From Geosiphon pyriformis uo1 (taxonomy: Eukaryota > Fungi > Glomeromycota), in assembly GCA_016748015.1 (NCBI GenBank), contig JAAOMT010000512.1, positions 654,719 to 718,718 on the forward strand: DNA of 64,000 nt. Direction: 5' to 3'. This document shows, piece by piece, positions 51,901 to 64,000 of the stretch (positions are counted from its first letter, which is position 1; every line of letters starts with the position of its first letter). The notes below the pieces were generated by a model that saw only the letters and a list, made by a program, of their open reading frames with translations, had not been told where the DNA came from and did no database searches. The translations under genes were made by a program, and so were the position numbers.

Positions 51901-54900
51901 CATTATATTTAATACAAACAGATAAAATTTGGTCTGACAAAATTTTTGATAAAATCTTCCTAACTGTTTCAATCAAAGCAATAAATTACATATTTATTAA
52001 GATATTATCTTATTTTTATAATTTAAGAATCATCAAGACCTATGTTCTTTTTTAAAGAACAAGAACTTTTCCAAAAGACAAACAAAAATTCAGTAAACTT
52101 AGTAAGCACTTAAGTATTATTTTATCACAATGTTTTCATAATTTGTTTAATATATCAAACAAACCAGCAGTTTTGTTATTAAGCAAACTCCCAATAACTT
52201 GGATTAATTTGCTCATACTAATTATATCTATCACACCAGAAAAAACATCTTTACTAATATAACTTAATAATACATATTAACAAGACTATACAGCAAAAAG
52301 CATTAATAACATCTTATGTTTCCTTATCTAATCTATCATGATTTTATTTACTCTAAGCTTTACCTTATTTGGTTTCAAAACTAAATTGTTACCAATCACT
52401 AAATAATCTAAAACAACTTTACAAAAAAGTTATTTCAAAATACTCTTTATCATGTTACTTTTGTTTAAACTAAAATTGTCTATTCTTTTTTCAATCACTT
52501 TTTTGATAGCTGTGTTCTCAGCTATTTTAAATTCATAATATTTCGATCTTTTGTAGTTTTTCTTGATTAAAAATAACTGCTTTAACACTTTATCTGTGTT
52601 TTTATTATTACAAATTAAAATGTTAACTTTAGAAGCTTTCTCATTATTAAGAGTAGACTACATCTTAATAAAACAATCATATTTAAATTTACAACCTGCA
52701 CTTATTTTCTTTACAATTTTTGAGACTAATAGCTTTAGATTATGAAATCTCAAAAATTAATTATTTCTCATATACTCAAATTTATTATATTAATATTTAG
52801 AAAAAATTTCATTTGTCAAATTTATTATCACTCTTTTCAAAACATTTTACATAGTATCTAAATTGCCAAGATTACTAGTATTATCAACATTATTCACAAC
52901 TTTTAGTAGACTAGTGAAGACACACTCTTAAAAACTAATCTATTTAGCATTATTTGCATCTTTAATTCTAAACTTTTAACAGTTCTTATTAGTTTGTTTA
53001 CAAATTGCAAGCAGACATTTGTCCAATAAACCATTCAAATTAAAAGATATTATAATAGCCTTGTGGTTATTATCAAAAAACTCAAACATACTATTAATGC
53101 TTTAAACCACTACAAAGAATGAGAAATGTTCACTGATAAAAATATAGTAAATAGTTTTTTTTACACTTTATAAATTAGATTATATTGAAAGCTTGGAAGC
53201 TATTTTACTAAAAAGAGAATTTCACAAATCCAGATTAAAACATTTCTTGAAATTTGTACTGCATTTTTTTCTATTTTTATTGAAATCACTACCCAAAACA
53301 ACATAGAAGCTTAAATTAATTGTCTTAACAATAAAAAAAATTATCTTGTTGGCCTAATTAAATTGCATATTAACTAAAATACCTGTATACAAATCTATTA
53401 GCATTATAGAATATTTATTGCTAAACAGCAAACATATTGAAATAAGATAATTCAGAATCTTAGAGACTTTGCACATATGTCAAGTTAAAAAATTGTTTAT
53501 TAAAATTATCACTCTAGTACTTATGTACTCAGTGTTTAAACCAGAAACAAAAACTTTTACACCCTAAAATTTATTCTTAATCTAAAACCTAATTCGATCT
53601 TTCAACTTAGTTTTAGTAAGAAAAGAGATTCAATTGCTAAACTTATTGTGCCATTTAATTATGTCTTTTTGTTTAGCCAAATTGTTTATCTTTTAGATAT
53701 TACATGTAGCAATTTTTTAGATAAAATTACTTATTAAAAAAAAAATATTAACAAATTCAAATTAGCACACAACTGATCTAATTTCACTAAAACCAAATAC
53801 ACAGAAACATTAAGAGCCAACAACTTTAATTTTAGATTGCTTACTTTAGTAGTTAAGACTTTTAAACTACTTAAACTTAAAATTAAAGTTGTATTAATCA
53901 TAATTGAAGAAAAAAATGTAAGAAGCATTTGCAAAACATCCAAAACCATATTTAAATTTGAATCTAAAACCAAAAAAACAGATACAACATAAGAAAAAAG
54001 TTGAGAAACAAACACTTGTAGTACTAAATTAATAATATTTAATCTCTTAACAATAATTAATACTTGGTTAGCTAACAACTCCAAAGAATGTTTCAAAATG
54101 GCTAAAAGATTAGCAATAAATAAATTATCTTGAATAACTAAAGTATTACTTTTAATGTATAGTGCACTAGAAAAAAAAGAGAAACCAAAACTAGAACTAA
54201 AGTAAAAATTATCAGAATAGACAATAAGTGAAATTATCTGAGCCCAAGATTTGTCTCCAAAGGCAGCAAGATGAGAGATTAAAACACATTTCTTTGTATA
54301 TAACTTGACAAGCTAAAAACAATTCTCCTCTAAGACAAATTTTTTATAAAATTTTAAAGAAAGCAGAACAGACACATAGAATACATTATATTTAAGAGCT
54401 GAATACTCAAAATAACCACATTTTTTACATTAAACCAAATTTATTCTAGTCTATAAGAGTTTCATACTACCAAAAATAGATTTTATGTAAAAGGCAGAAT
54501 TTAGTTTCTTTTTTGACTTAAAGCCAACTACAATACAGTAAACTTTATTGCCAGTTTTAATTGATTGGTTTATAATGCAAGTTTTCTTACTAGTTTTATC
54601 CAAAAGAATTTCAAAATCATGTGCAATTGTTTTAACCAGCAAAGTAAACAAAAATGCTCTGAACTGATTTTTTGATATTCAGATATTATAATCTTTTATG
54701 GCTTTGATTACATGCATTAAATTTTTTTAATTAAAAATAACCATCTTACTGCCAATTAATCTGCTTGCTTTAATTTAGCAAACTCTACTATAGTCTTTTG
54801 TCATATTTTAATCAGTTGCAATTTGATCAACTTAGTTTGTTTAAATTCAGATACTATAATAATAATCATTTTTTTTGGCATATTTATGAGAATTTTTTTG

Positions 54901-55721
54901 ATTAATACAGTTTAATCTGAGCAAAATTTTTTTTTAAGATCACTGTTTACTATGATGTTATTTTTTCTGGCTAATGATGTGGTTTTTTCTATTCTTTCTT
55001 CTAAAATAAATATTAATCTGATAATTTCTTTAAACTTTAAAGAAGTAGTAACTTCTTTAAAACCATTAATAATTGAAAAAATTTTCCTAATAAACTGAGT
55101 TTTTATTATTGTTAATTTGCTCTTTATAGTTAAAAAATTAATATCAAAACAAAAAATTTTTTGATTGATACTTCTACTAAGGTTTTTACTATTTTTGGAT
55201 TAATCTATTTTTTGTTTAAAGAGATATTAATAGAAAAAAAAAAGAATTCCTTATTTTTATCTATTCCATAGTTAATTATATCAATAGAAAAGCCACAGTT
55301 CAAAACAGAATCAATCTTCTTGGCATTAGATATTGTTACAGCTAAGCTTAGAAAAAGATCATCACCAATGTTTTTAAATATACTGCCAATTTTACAATTA
55401 CTGAATTCACTATTCATATTTGAATACATATTACTACCAAGACTAGATTTGATTAGAGAAATTTCTTTTTTATTATCAGAGTGTTTAATATTGTTCAAAA
55501 AACTTTTTTCTTTTAAAAAAAAGTACCATCAACAAAACCATAAAAAGTTTTCTTAAGTGTCTTTTTTTTAGACATGTTACTACTTGAAACAGTCTTCAGA
55601 TTCATCACAAAAGAATTATTAGCTTGAGAAATATTAAAAATAATATAACTAAAAAAATAAAACAAAAAACTTTTTCAAAAATATGCTTTTTAGAGAATTT
55701 TAAACATAAGAGAGAAAGAAG
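48929..55721 (-). mobile_element. Near full-length LINE (ORF1; ORF2 = APE endonuclease, RT, RNase H, CCHC), transition-mutated
   Basis: ORF2 start I*KIATCNI (~53725). RT: ALIETVRKILSKIL and GAFVNNTI (=AFVDDT). RNase H: IYIDGFL and KVKGHFENIGNKK. Zn finger CLIYGNVKLPNHIFIC. 3' UTR and poly-A at 48929. Confidence 0.85.
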
Positions 55722-55979
55722 TTTTTAATTTTTTCTTAATAATTTATTAATAAATATATAAATCCAATTTAATTTTTTTGAAATTTAAGTTATGTAATTT
55801 GTTTAAATTAATTAAATTTGTAATTAAAAAAATTAAATTTTTACTAAATTCAATTATTTTTTTATAATTAAAGTAAATCTTATTTAAATATTTAAAAAAT
55901 TTTTATTAGTTTTAAAAAATATAAGTCTTTCTTTTGTCAATTTTTTAGTCATAATAAGAGCAAAAAAATTATCAAAAAA

Positions 55980-58900
55980 TAGCTTTTTCTTTCTTTCTTA
56001 TGTTTTTTTCTTTAGTTATGTTTTTTAACATGTCTTTTTTTGTTGTTATAAAATTAGTAAACTTTTTTGCTAATAGTTTTTGTTCGGATTTGACTGGTTT
56101 GAAAACCTGCTTAAGTATCAAACAAAACATATAAAGAGTGTATATTTTTACAGTGGGTTTTACAAAAAGCTGAAAAAGCTTAATGTAAATATTATTGTAA
56201 TTAATTTGGCTTTTTAAGACTTGAAAATATTGGTGTTATTAGTAAAAAGTCTATGGTATTCTGAAAAAGTGAAGTTAACAGCAAAGCTAATAGTATTAGC
56301 AGTTTGTTGGATGTAAAAAACATGAAAAACATAGTTGCTAAGGAAACTAATTATGTGAATTTGAATACTTTAGTGGTTAACAAAAACATAGAAAATATCA
56401 CATTACAAAAAATTCACATTTAGACATACATATTGGATCAACTACCAAAAACTTCTTCATTTGTTGATTTAAGTGATAATAAAGATGTTTTAATGCTTTT
56501 TTTATTTAAGTTTAATAACTTTAAACAACTTTTATTGGTTGAATTATGTGTTTTAAAAAAACAGACTTTTAATTCAGCAAAATTTTTCATGTTAGATATT
56601 AAGTTTTCTGTTGTATTTAATAAAATTTCTGGTAATAAGTTATTAAGTATAAAAATTTTTTTTATTATGTAAATAGTTTTGGAAGAGCTTTTACTTCTTT
56701 AAAATTTTTAGAAATAATCAAATCATTTTTTATATCAGAATTAAATTTGAAAAAGACTAAGAAGATGATTATTAGTGAAAAAATTTTAGTAAATAATAAT
56801 GTGAGAAAAGTAAACAGCTGTACAAATCGAGAAATAATTGTTAAGAAGATTTTAATAAATCTCTCCAAATTGGCTATAGAGTTAGTTTTTTCTAAATTTT
56901 ATAAAATAGTTTTGATTAAAATGCAGCTTATTGGTCTTTGGCAAAAAACCCTAATTGAGTTTAATTTATTTAATATTGCTAGTTTGGTTGCATCTAAATG
57001 GTTAATTTTTATGGAAAAAAATTTGGTGCATGTAATATTGGCCATTAATAATAAATAAACATAGATATTTAAAAATCTTTATTGAGCTTTGTTGTATACC
57101 TTGTTAATTGGTATTACTGCTTATAATTTTATTAACTTGTTAAAATTATATTGTGAAAAAACTTGTTTTATTGGCTACAACCCAGATTTTTATGTGTATA
57201 ACAGATGTATTGTAGTTTGTTTTGTTAATGAGACATCAAAAAAAGCTGCTATTAGTTTTATTCCTGTTTTTAAGAGTGTAAACTTATATTAGACTTGTCT
57301 TTAATTGGCTTATTGTACTTAATGCAAACAATTTGATTATGTTTCTGGTGTGTGTTGTTACAAGTGTTTATTTGGGGTCTCAAACCAAATAACAAATCCA
57401 TAACTTGATGCTCAATTAATGATTATAATGATTTTTGTGAGTGTTTATGAATCTGAAGGTTTTGTTGTAGAGATTTTGATTAAGTTTTTTGTATAATAGA
57501 CAGAGATTTACTATGGTTGGTTTTGGTTGATTTCTCAAGTCGTTTTCCCAATTTCTGTCTTCAGCATAGTGACTGGTTTAATCTGGCAATTGTGTCCTTC
57601 TGGTAAGCTATCTATTAATATATATAATTCTTATACTCTTTTTTTGGGAGTTTTTTACCAGGCTATCCTTGACATCAATAATTTAATGTTTAATCTCTTT
57701 AATCAGTAGTAAATTAACAAACAAAAAAAAATAAATAAAAATAAATAAAAAATAAAAAAAAATAAAAAATTAGTAACTTGTCAATAGTTGTAATCAAGAA
57801 CTATTGTTTCAGTGTAGTTAAGTGTTGAATTTTATTAACATAAAGTGTTGATAAATGGAAGAGTGATTATATTTTCAAACAAATGACAATAACATGGATT
57901 TGAAAAATTGGAGAAATCTTTTATTTATATAATTTCATTTCAGTTAATAGCAACTATCCTTGAAATGAGAGTTAATAAATAGAGAAGAAAAGAGATTGTT
58001 CTAAATTAATAAAACTCTATTGAATTCTTCAGGAATTTTTTTTTTTGCTTTTAATACTCTCGCTATATATATATAATTTATGTTATATGAGATTTCTTGA
58101 ATTCTTCAATTCTCTAGCCAAGAATTCTGAAATTTCTGGAATTCTGCAATTCCTTTGAGAAAAATTCTGGAATTCTGGAATCCTGCAATTCCTCATATGA
58201 GAATTCTGAAATTCCTGGAATCTTACAATTCCTCTGAGAGGAATTCTGGAATTCCACATTTACTACGTTTACTTCTGATTGGCTAATTTATATGCTAATA
58301 TACTTCTTATATTCTATGAATAATAGTGTTTAATGGATGAAAATTTAAGTAATTATAATAAATAGGTGGTCAATTTTCAGAATCAGATTTGTTTAGTGAA
58401 TATATATATAAAAAAACAGACACCAAATATTTATTCAGTCTTATTTAATAAAAAGACTTGGGCTTAAATTGCTAATAGTTCTAGTTCTTATGTAGTGTCT
58501 TTGGTTTTTTTTGGTATTAGTTTAGCTTTAGATGTTAAACTTTCTCTGCTAGTTTTTTTGGAAGTGAATAATAGGTTTGCTATTCTTAAGTACAGTTTTA
58601 ACAGTTTTATAAAGCAAGTTAGTAAACTGGCTAAGAGATTAGATGCATTTGGACTAATAGTTTCTTAATCTAGTCTTGGATGTCAGTTATTAATAACTTT
58701 TTTATTACAGAATTAAGAGATAAATATAGTAATAAGCAAGAATTTAAGTGCAACCACTAATAATAAGACTGTTATTAAAGCAAAAATTTTGGATCTGTTA
58801 ATTGTTAAAAAGTTCAAAGAAAAAATAAACAATTTATCAAATATGATTATGTATCTGTTGGCCAAATTAGATAATAAAAATTTGAGTTTAAATATTTTTC

Positions 58901-59803
58901 TTTAATAATAACTAATCTTATATAGAAAGTTGTTATATATAATATTAAAAGTATTAATGTTCTTGCTAAGCAAATAAATGTAATTTAATAATATGTTAAT
59001 TTGGATAATATGATTTCTATTATTATGAAAACTAAATTAAGATTTAATATTAGGTTTTGGATAGCAAATAGGTTTAAAAAAGTGTAAATTTTCACATTTA
59101 ATTTGAATAAAAGTTTTTTTGGCATTAGAATGGCTATAATTATGAACAATTTTTTAGTTTAACATGTCTCAAAAATTGACAAAATTTTGGGCAAAATTGT
59201 TTTAGTTTGTCTTTTGTTTAAAAATAAACTCTTAATAACAATTTTAAAGTTGTATACAAGTGCTTTTTCTGAGATTAAATTCAAGCAGACATTAAAAATC
59301 AATTTTTTTTATTGCCAAGACAGTTAATTCTAATACTTTTATAGTCTTAAATGAAGATTTCAATAAAAATAGATCTAAAAAAAGTGTAAGTTTCAAGTTT
59401 TGTTTAGATCTAAATTTGGTTAATATGTTTAATAGACATTTATTAATTAAAACATCTATGTAGAAGAATTCTAAAGATATTAAGAAAGTTTTAAATTTTA
59501 TATTTGTAAATAAAAATCTGGCTTTTGCTGTTACAAATTATAAGGTTAATGTTGTGTCAGAATTTTTTAATATGAATCATAAAATAGTTTTAATTTTAGT
59601 TAATTTGGATAGTTTTTTGAATGTTCAACTTAATAGCATTTGTAAGCAAGCTAATAAAAATCAGTAAAAGTTTAAGATAAAAGATATAAATAAAACCAAA
59701 TAGATGCAATTTAAAAAATGCTCTTTTAATAAGTTGCTAGTAGTATCAAACATGTTCAAAAAGGCAGAGTCTTATAATAATTTAAATACAATATAAAAGG
59801 TAT
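55980..59803 (+). mobile_element. Second LINE (ORF1 and ORF2 endonuclease start), head-to-head with the first; split by a solo LTR and cut at 59803 by a Gypsy insertion
   Basis: ORF1 is colinear with the minus-strand LINE (e.g. IKMQLIGLWQKTLIEF). ORF2 start near 58905 reads NLI*KVVIYNIKSINVLAKQ, matching the I*KIATCNI start of the first LINE. Confidence 0.75.
57356..58325. mobile_element. Solo LTR (970 bp) with 4-bp TSD GTGT
   Basis: Starts TGTTA and ends TAATA (TAACA with C>T). GTGT at 57352-57355 and 58326-58329. LINE ORF1 continues across it. Internal ~40-bp GAATTCTGG-rich tandem repeats at 58120-58256. Homologous to 63542-64000. Confidence 0.85.
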
Positions 59804-60466
59804 TGTTATGGTTGAAACTCATAGTTTTTATTAGTTATCACATGTATTAGCCACTGATGTTATATAATTAGCCAACCTATTTTTAGATAGTAATCATTGA
59901 TCTGATCATTGACCTGACCATTGACCTAGTTGTTAACCACTTTTCATAGCTATATAAGTAATGAGTCTCTTAGCTGTAGAAAAGTATGTTCCCAACAATC
60001 AAAGAAATATAATAAAACAACTTTTATCTTAAATATTCTCTTATCACTAATTTTCCTTTCTCTACCTTTAAGTATTTGAACATTTTTTGGATAAAAAATT
60101 TCTTGTTGGTGTTTATCTGCCTTTTCTTGAAACAATTAAATGAAGTATTTGAAGATTATTGAATAAAATATAACTGAAAAGCACATCTGATACTTGATAT
60201 TGAATTCTAAGAGCACCGACGTAAGACATAGAATTATACCAAGTGTGATCATTTGTTGACAGTATGGACTATCTCTCTATCTTCAAATTCCCTAGTTATT
60301 TTTGAAAAGTATAGCGACTGAGATATTTTATGAGACTGATCTTGCACATTGAATCCATACTTATTCAATTTGCTCTTTGAAGTTGAATTCCCCTTTGATT
60401 ATTTTCATCACCCTACAATCCTGTTCTCCTTTGCTATTTGTTAGCTTGTTACTCCAATCTGTAACA
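59804..60466 (+). repeat. 5' LTR (663 bp)
   Basis: TGTTA...TAACA termini; homologous to 6382-5633. Confidence 0.8.
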
Positions 60467-60472
60467 TAAAAG

Positions 60473-60488
60473 TGGTGCTTTCTGTGAG
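60473..60488 (+). promoter_or_regulatory. Primer-binding site TGGTGCTTTCTGTGAG (tRNA identity uncertain; Ile-UAU-like)
   Basis: Starts with TGG 6 nt after the LTR end. The old copy has TAGTGCTCTTTATAAGG at the same spacing, giving the consensus TGGTGCTCTCTGTGAGG. Confidence 0.65.
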
Positions 60489-60518
60489 ATTGTCAAAATT
60501 CACTTATTTTCTCATTGT

Positions 60519-62069
60519 ATGGGTGATTATTCATATCTGCCACAGCAATCAGAAAAACACTTTGCAGCACACAACAGAAATGATCTAGACTTTATTGAAC
60601 TTAATCCTTTGCCCTTCTGCTTGATCTGCTTTTCCCTTAAAGAACAATCTAGTAGACAATTCCAAAACTTTTGGAACTGATTCCTGAACAAGCACTCAGC
60701 TGAAACCTATACAGCATATACAACTTATTACTTTGACCAAGCTTATTTTGAAGACAACTTTGAAGAAAAAAATAATAGCATTAATCAGCTTTTATACTTC
60801 ACAACTTTTACACAACAGCTCCCTGATTTCGAATATCTGAATCACCAAATACACATTTGGGTTGCTGCTCACCAATCAACTATAACTCCCCTTGAAACAG
60901 AAGAAAAAAGTTACCAAACTGCTTTTATTTTTGATCTCTTTTTAAGTGAATTAGAACATTCCATTCAAACAGTAACCTCTGAACCAATGGCCCAAGACCC
61001 TATGCAAGCAAACATTCTGGCCACCCTCCAAGGCATACAAACTGCTTTGGGGCAAAAAAACAACACCCCACTACCCCTATTCAGAAGTGATGCCCAAGAT
61101 CCAATTGAATGGTTGGACAATTTTAAAAGAGAAGCCACTGCAAACCAGTATGATGATAAATACAAGTTCCAAATTGTTGGTGGCTACCTCCAAGACTCCT
61201 CTGCTACCTGGTTTTCACAAGAAACCAATACTGGTGTTCAACAAAGAATTGTTAGATAGACCCCAGCAAATATTGGAAAAAACAACACCTCTTTCACTAC
61301 CTGGTTTGAAAACAAATTCAGAACCCCCATCTTAATATCCAAATGGCATATGGAATTAGAAAAAAGAACCCAAGGTTCTGGTAAAGTTGTAACCAAATAT
61401 GCCAAAGCAATCAGAAAACTCATCAAGTGTGTAGACTCTGGTAGAAACTAGACTGAAGAGCAAAAAATCCACTCTTTTACAAAAGGATTAAGAACTGATT
61501 TATTGTATGCTCTTTGGCCTCTCTTGGCTTTAAAAAATAATCCCACCATGAATATGGCCATTAAACTCGCCCAAAAAATTGAAGACAATCAAAGAATGCA
61601 TTTGAGATCCACACTTTCAGTTTTTGCTCCTGCTTTTGTTATGGCTTCTACTCCTCAAATGGCTGCTACTTCTTTTGCTGCCCAGACACAAGATCTAAAT
61701 GAACAATTAATAGATAAACTTACAGCAAATCTTGCTCAGCTATTAGAACCATTAGCCCAAGCAGTCAGAAATAACCAGCAACCACAAAAACCCAGATTTG
61801 AAAACTGTTTTAATCAGCCCCAGCAACCTCCTTACCAAAGACAGCAAAATTGTGGCCCTTCTGTGTGTTATAGATGTGGATTAACTGGACATTTCTTTAG
61901 AGATTGCAACAATTCTCCTTTGCCTCTTCCAGTTCCTAGAAACAATGACAACCAGAACAACAGAATCAATAACAACAATGCCTCCAATCAAAGACCCAAT
62001 TATGCCAACATCAATTTCTTTGGAGAGGATCTCCTAATTGAAACCACAGTTTACTAGCTTTTAAACTAA
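60519..62069 (+). pseudogene. gag: gag with several in-frame stops created by transitions
   Basis: One frame runs from ATG 60519 through track ORFs 60987 and 61503. It contains the retrotransposon gag motif DPIEWL..F..A and the Zn knuckle CYRCGLTGHFFRDC. Stops such as TAG 61257 and TAG 62055 are one transition from TGG/CAG. Confidence 0.85.
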
Positions 62070-63541
62070 TAGGCACACCTCCAAAGAATGAGAGTGCAAG
62101 CCAACCAGAAGAAAACTCCTTTTATGCTTTTAACTTAACTAATGATGATCATAACATGGATGAACTAGCAATCAACACCTCAGAATCAACAAGGAAGAAA
62201 AAGAAAGCCAAGGTTGATTTCGTTTTAGATCCAAATAAACCATCCACATCAACTGCTAATAACAATAAGCCACCAAAGGCTAAAGTTTTTAAGAATCCTC
62301 CAAAGTTGGAACTCCCAGAAATAGTACAAAAATCTGGTCCTTATTCTGTTGTCAAAGATCTCATGGAAACTCCTGCACACATTACCTTTGGCCAACTAAT
62401 GACCCACTCACAATTCAGAAAAGATCTCCATAAATCTTTAATTCCCAAAAAAAAAACACCAAAAACCAATAAACGCCCTCGCCAAGCTGAACTTGCTGAC
62501 AACAGCAATGTTACTCTATTAATTTGCAAAGCCCAAGTGGCTGGCTATTTTATTGACTTAATCCTGAACAGTGGATTATCTATTAGCATTATTGCCAAAC
62601 ACTTTTTGGAAGCAATTGAGAGAAAGATTGATGAACTTTCCACCCGACCAATGACCAATATACATGGTGACAAGAAAAAAAGTCTGGACATAGCCAAAGC
62701 TGTTCCTGTTTGTATCAATGGCATGAGCATTGAAACTAACATGGAAGTTTCTGAAGCCAAGAAATACACTATTATTGTTGGAAATGAATGGCTCAAGAAA
62801 GCCAAAGCATTACTTGACTATGAACTTTGTGAGCTAACCATCAGATGTGGTGAAAAGCCCATTGTGGTTAAGTGTCACCACTGGACAACTCTTCCAACAC
62901 CAAAACAGAATCAGAAAGAAGAACAATCAGAGGAATCAGATGATGAAGAAGAACAAGAGGAACAAGAAAAAACTGCTGAACTTGCCTATACCACTTTTAT
63001 CAGCAATGGCAAGCCACTGGACAATGTCAAAGCTAACAGAGAAGAAATTATTGTAAATGGCAAGCTGATCTGCTGGTCCTACTATGATATCCTAAGAAGA
63101 ACTTTTGACCAGAAGCCTAGCAAGAAAGCCAAGTACTGTTATTGGTGGCATGGTTCTTGTGCCCAGTGCTGGTGCAATCAACCCTTGTATTCTCCAAGTG
63201 ATGAATGCAAATCCTGCCTGATCTATTACAAAGATTGGGAACCAATCAGTTTGATATCAAGAAAAAAATTAAAAGAAGTATAGAAGTTCTTTGAGAATGA
63301 ACCACTTGAAATCCAATCACTAGTTGTAAAACAAAGAAAACCCTTCCCAGAAGAAAGAAAGATAGACATTAAAAATCTGTTGGTTAGAAATAGCCCAGTT
63401 ATCTCAAAAAAAGGTAATACCCTCAGATAAACCCATGTGATACAACACACCATCACTACCAGAGAAATTCACCCCATTCATTTGAAGCCATATCAATCCA
63501 ATTGGTGCAATAATGAGTTTATCAAAAAAGAGATAAACTGG
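62060..63541 (+). pseudogene. pol: pol N-terminus (-1 frame): aspartic protease, acidic/Cys-rich linker, start of RT region
   Basis: LILNSGLSISII (DSG>NSG), IIVGNEWL, then IQHTITTREIHPIHLKPY..IKKEI just before the insertion at 63542. Confidence 0.85.
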
Positions 63542-64000
63542 TGTTACAGGTGATTATTTCTGCTGTTAAATTAAATAACAAACCTGTAACTTGGTGCTCA
63601 AAAGCTACTTCTGTTGAGGCTGTTCTGCAGGTGCTGTATCTGAAGGTTTTGATGGATCTGAAGGTTTTGGTTGAATCCTTTGTATAATGGACAGAGATTC
63701 AATAGTGTCAATAGTAGAGATATTTTCCAAGAGTTTTCCCAATTTCTTTTTCAGTGTGGTGGCCAGATTTAGTCTGGCAGTCGTGTCCTTCTGGTAAGCT
63801 ATCCGATAATATATAAAAATCCTACCCGTATTTCTGGGTCTTTTACCAGGCTATCCTTGATGTCAATAACTCAGCACTTAATCGTTTATCAATTAGTATA
63901 TAACAACAAATCAAAATAAAATAAAGAAAAAAAAAATAAAAAGAAATAAAGAAAGCAAAGAAATAAGCCAAGACAATTTGCAGATTAGTATCTCGTCAAT
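63542..64000. mobile_element. LTR of the 57356 family inserted into pol; runs off the window
   Basis: TGTTACAGGTGATTATTT..AAATAACAAACCTGTAACTTGGTGCTCAA and GTGTCCTTCTGGTAAGCTATC match 57356-57700. Confidence 0.85.

Larger units (their letters stand above)
59804..63541 (+). mobile_element. Ty3/Gypsy LTR retrotransposon, 5' part (LTR, PBS, gag, protease, start of RT region)
   Basis: LTR + PBS + gag with a CCHC knuckle + retropepsin-like protease; cut at 63541 by another LTR. Confidence 0.9.

Noticed and set aside
48910-55740. TSD for the full-length LINE (TTTTCTTGA vs TTTTCTTAA)
   Set aside because: Plausible after G>A, but too low in complexity to assert.

Overview
Very AT-rich, intron-containing eukaryotic DNA. 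The gene families present (BTB-BACK-TLDc, HRDLHSGNIL-type kinases, a MACPF-like protein, a LaeA-like methyltransferase) and a U12 intron point to a Glomeromycotina fungus; the retroelement proteins resemble what I recall from Geosiphon pyriformis (inference, not searched). The window has three parts. (1) 1-14.7 kb is nested Ty3/Gypsy and LINE relics that have lost almost all G/C through C>T and G>A transitions. (2) About 14.8-46.3 kb is a gene island. It holds a ~6 kb inverted duplication (15.6-21.8 kb vs 32.8-38.5 kb) carrying four copies of a 3-exon microprotein gene (PPxY motif + one TM helix) absent from the ORF track. The duplication brackets a kinase pseudogene, a MACPF-like gene, a SAM methyltransferase and a BTB-TLDc pseudogene. 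MTG1 (with an AT-AC minor intron), an HSP20 gene and a second kinase pseudogene follow. (3) 46.7-64 kb is a nested stack of LINEs (APE-RT-RNaseH-CCHC), a solo LTR and a younger Gypsy element with LTR, PBS and a -1 frameshift site. The most striking signal is a RIP-like, both-strand, not CpG-limited hypermutation that hits retroelement DNA but spares neighbouring near-identical host-gene duplications and a Tc1 relic. All alignments and splice models were made by eye; relic boundaries are approximate.
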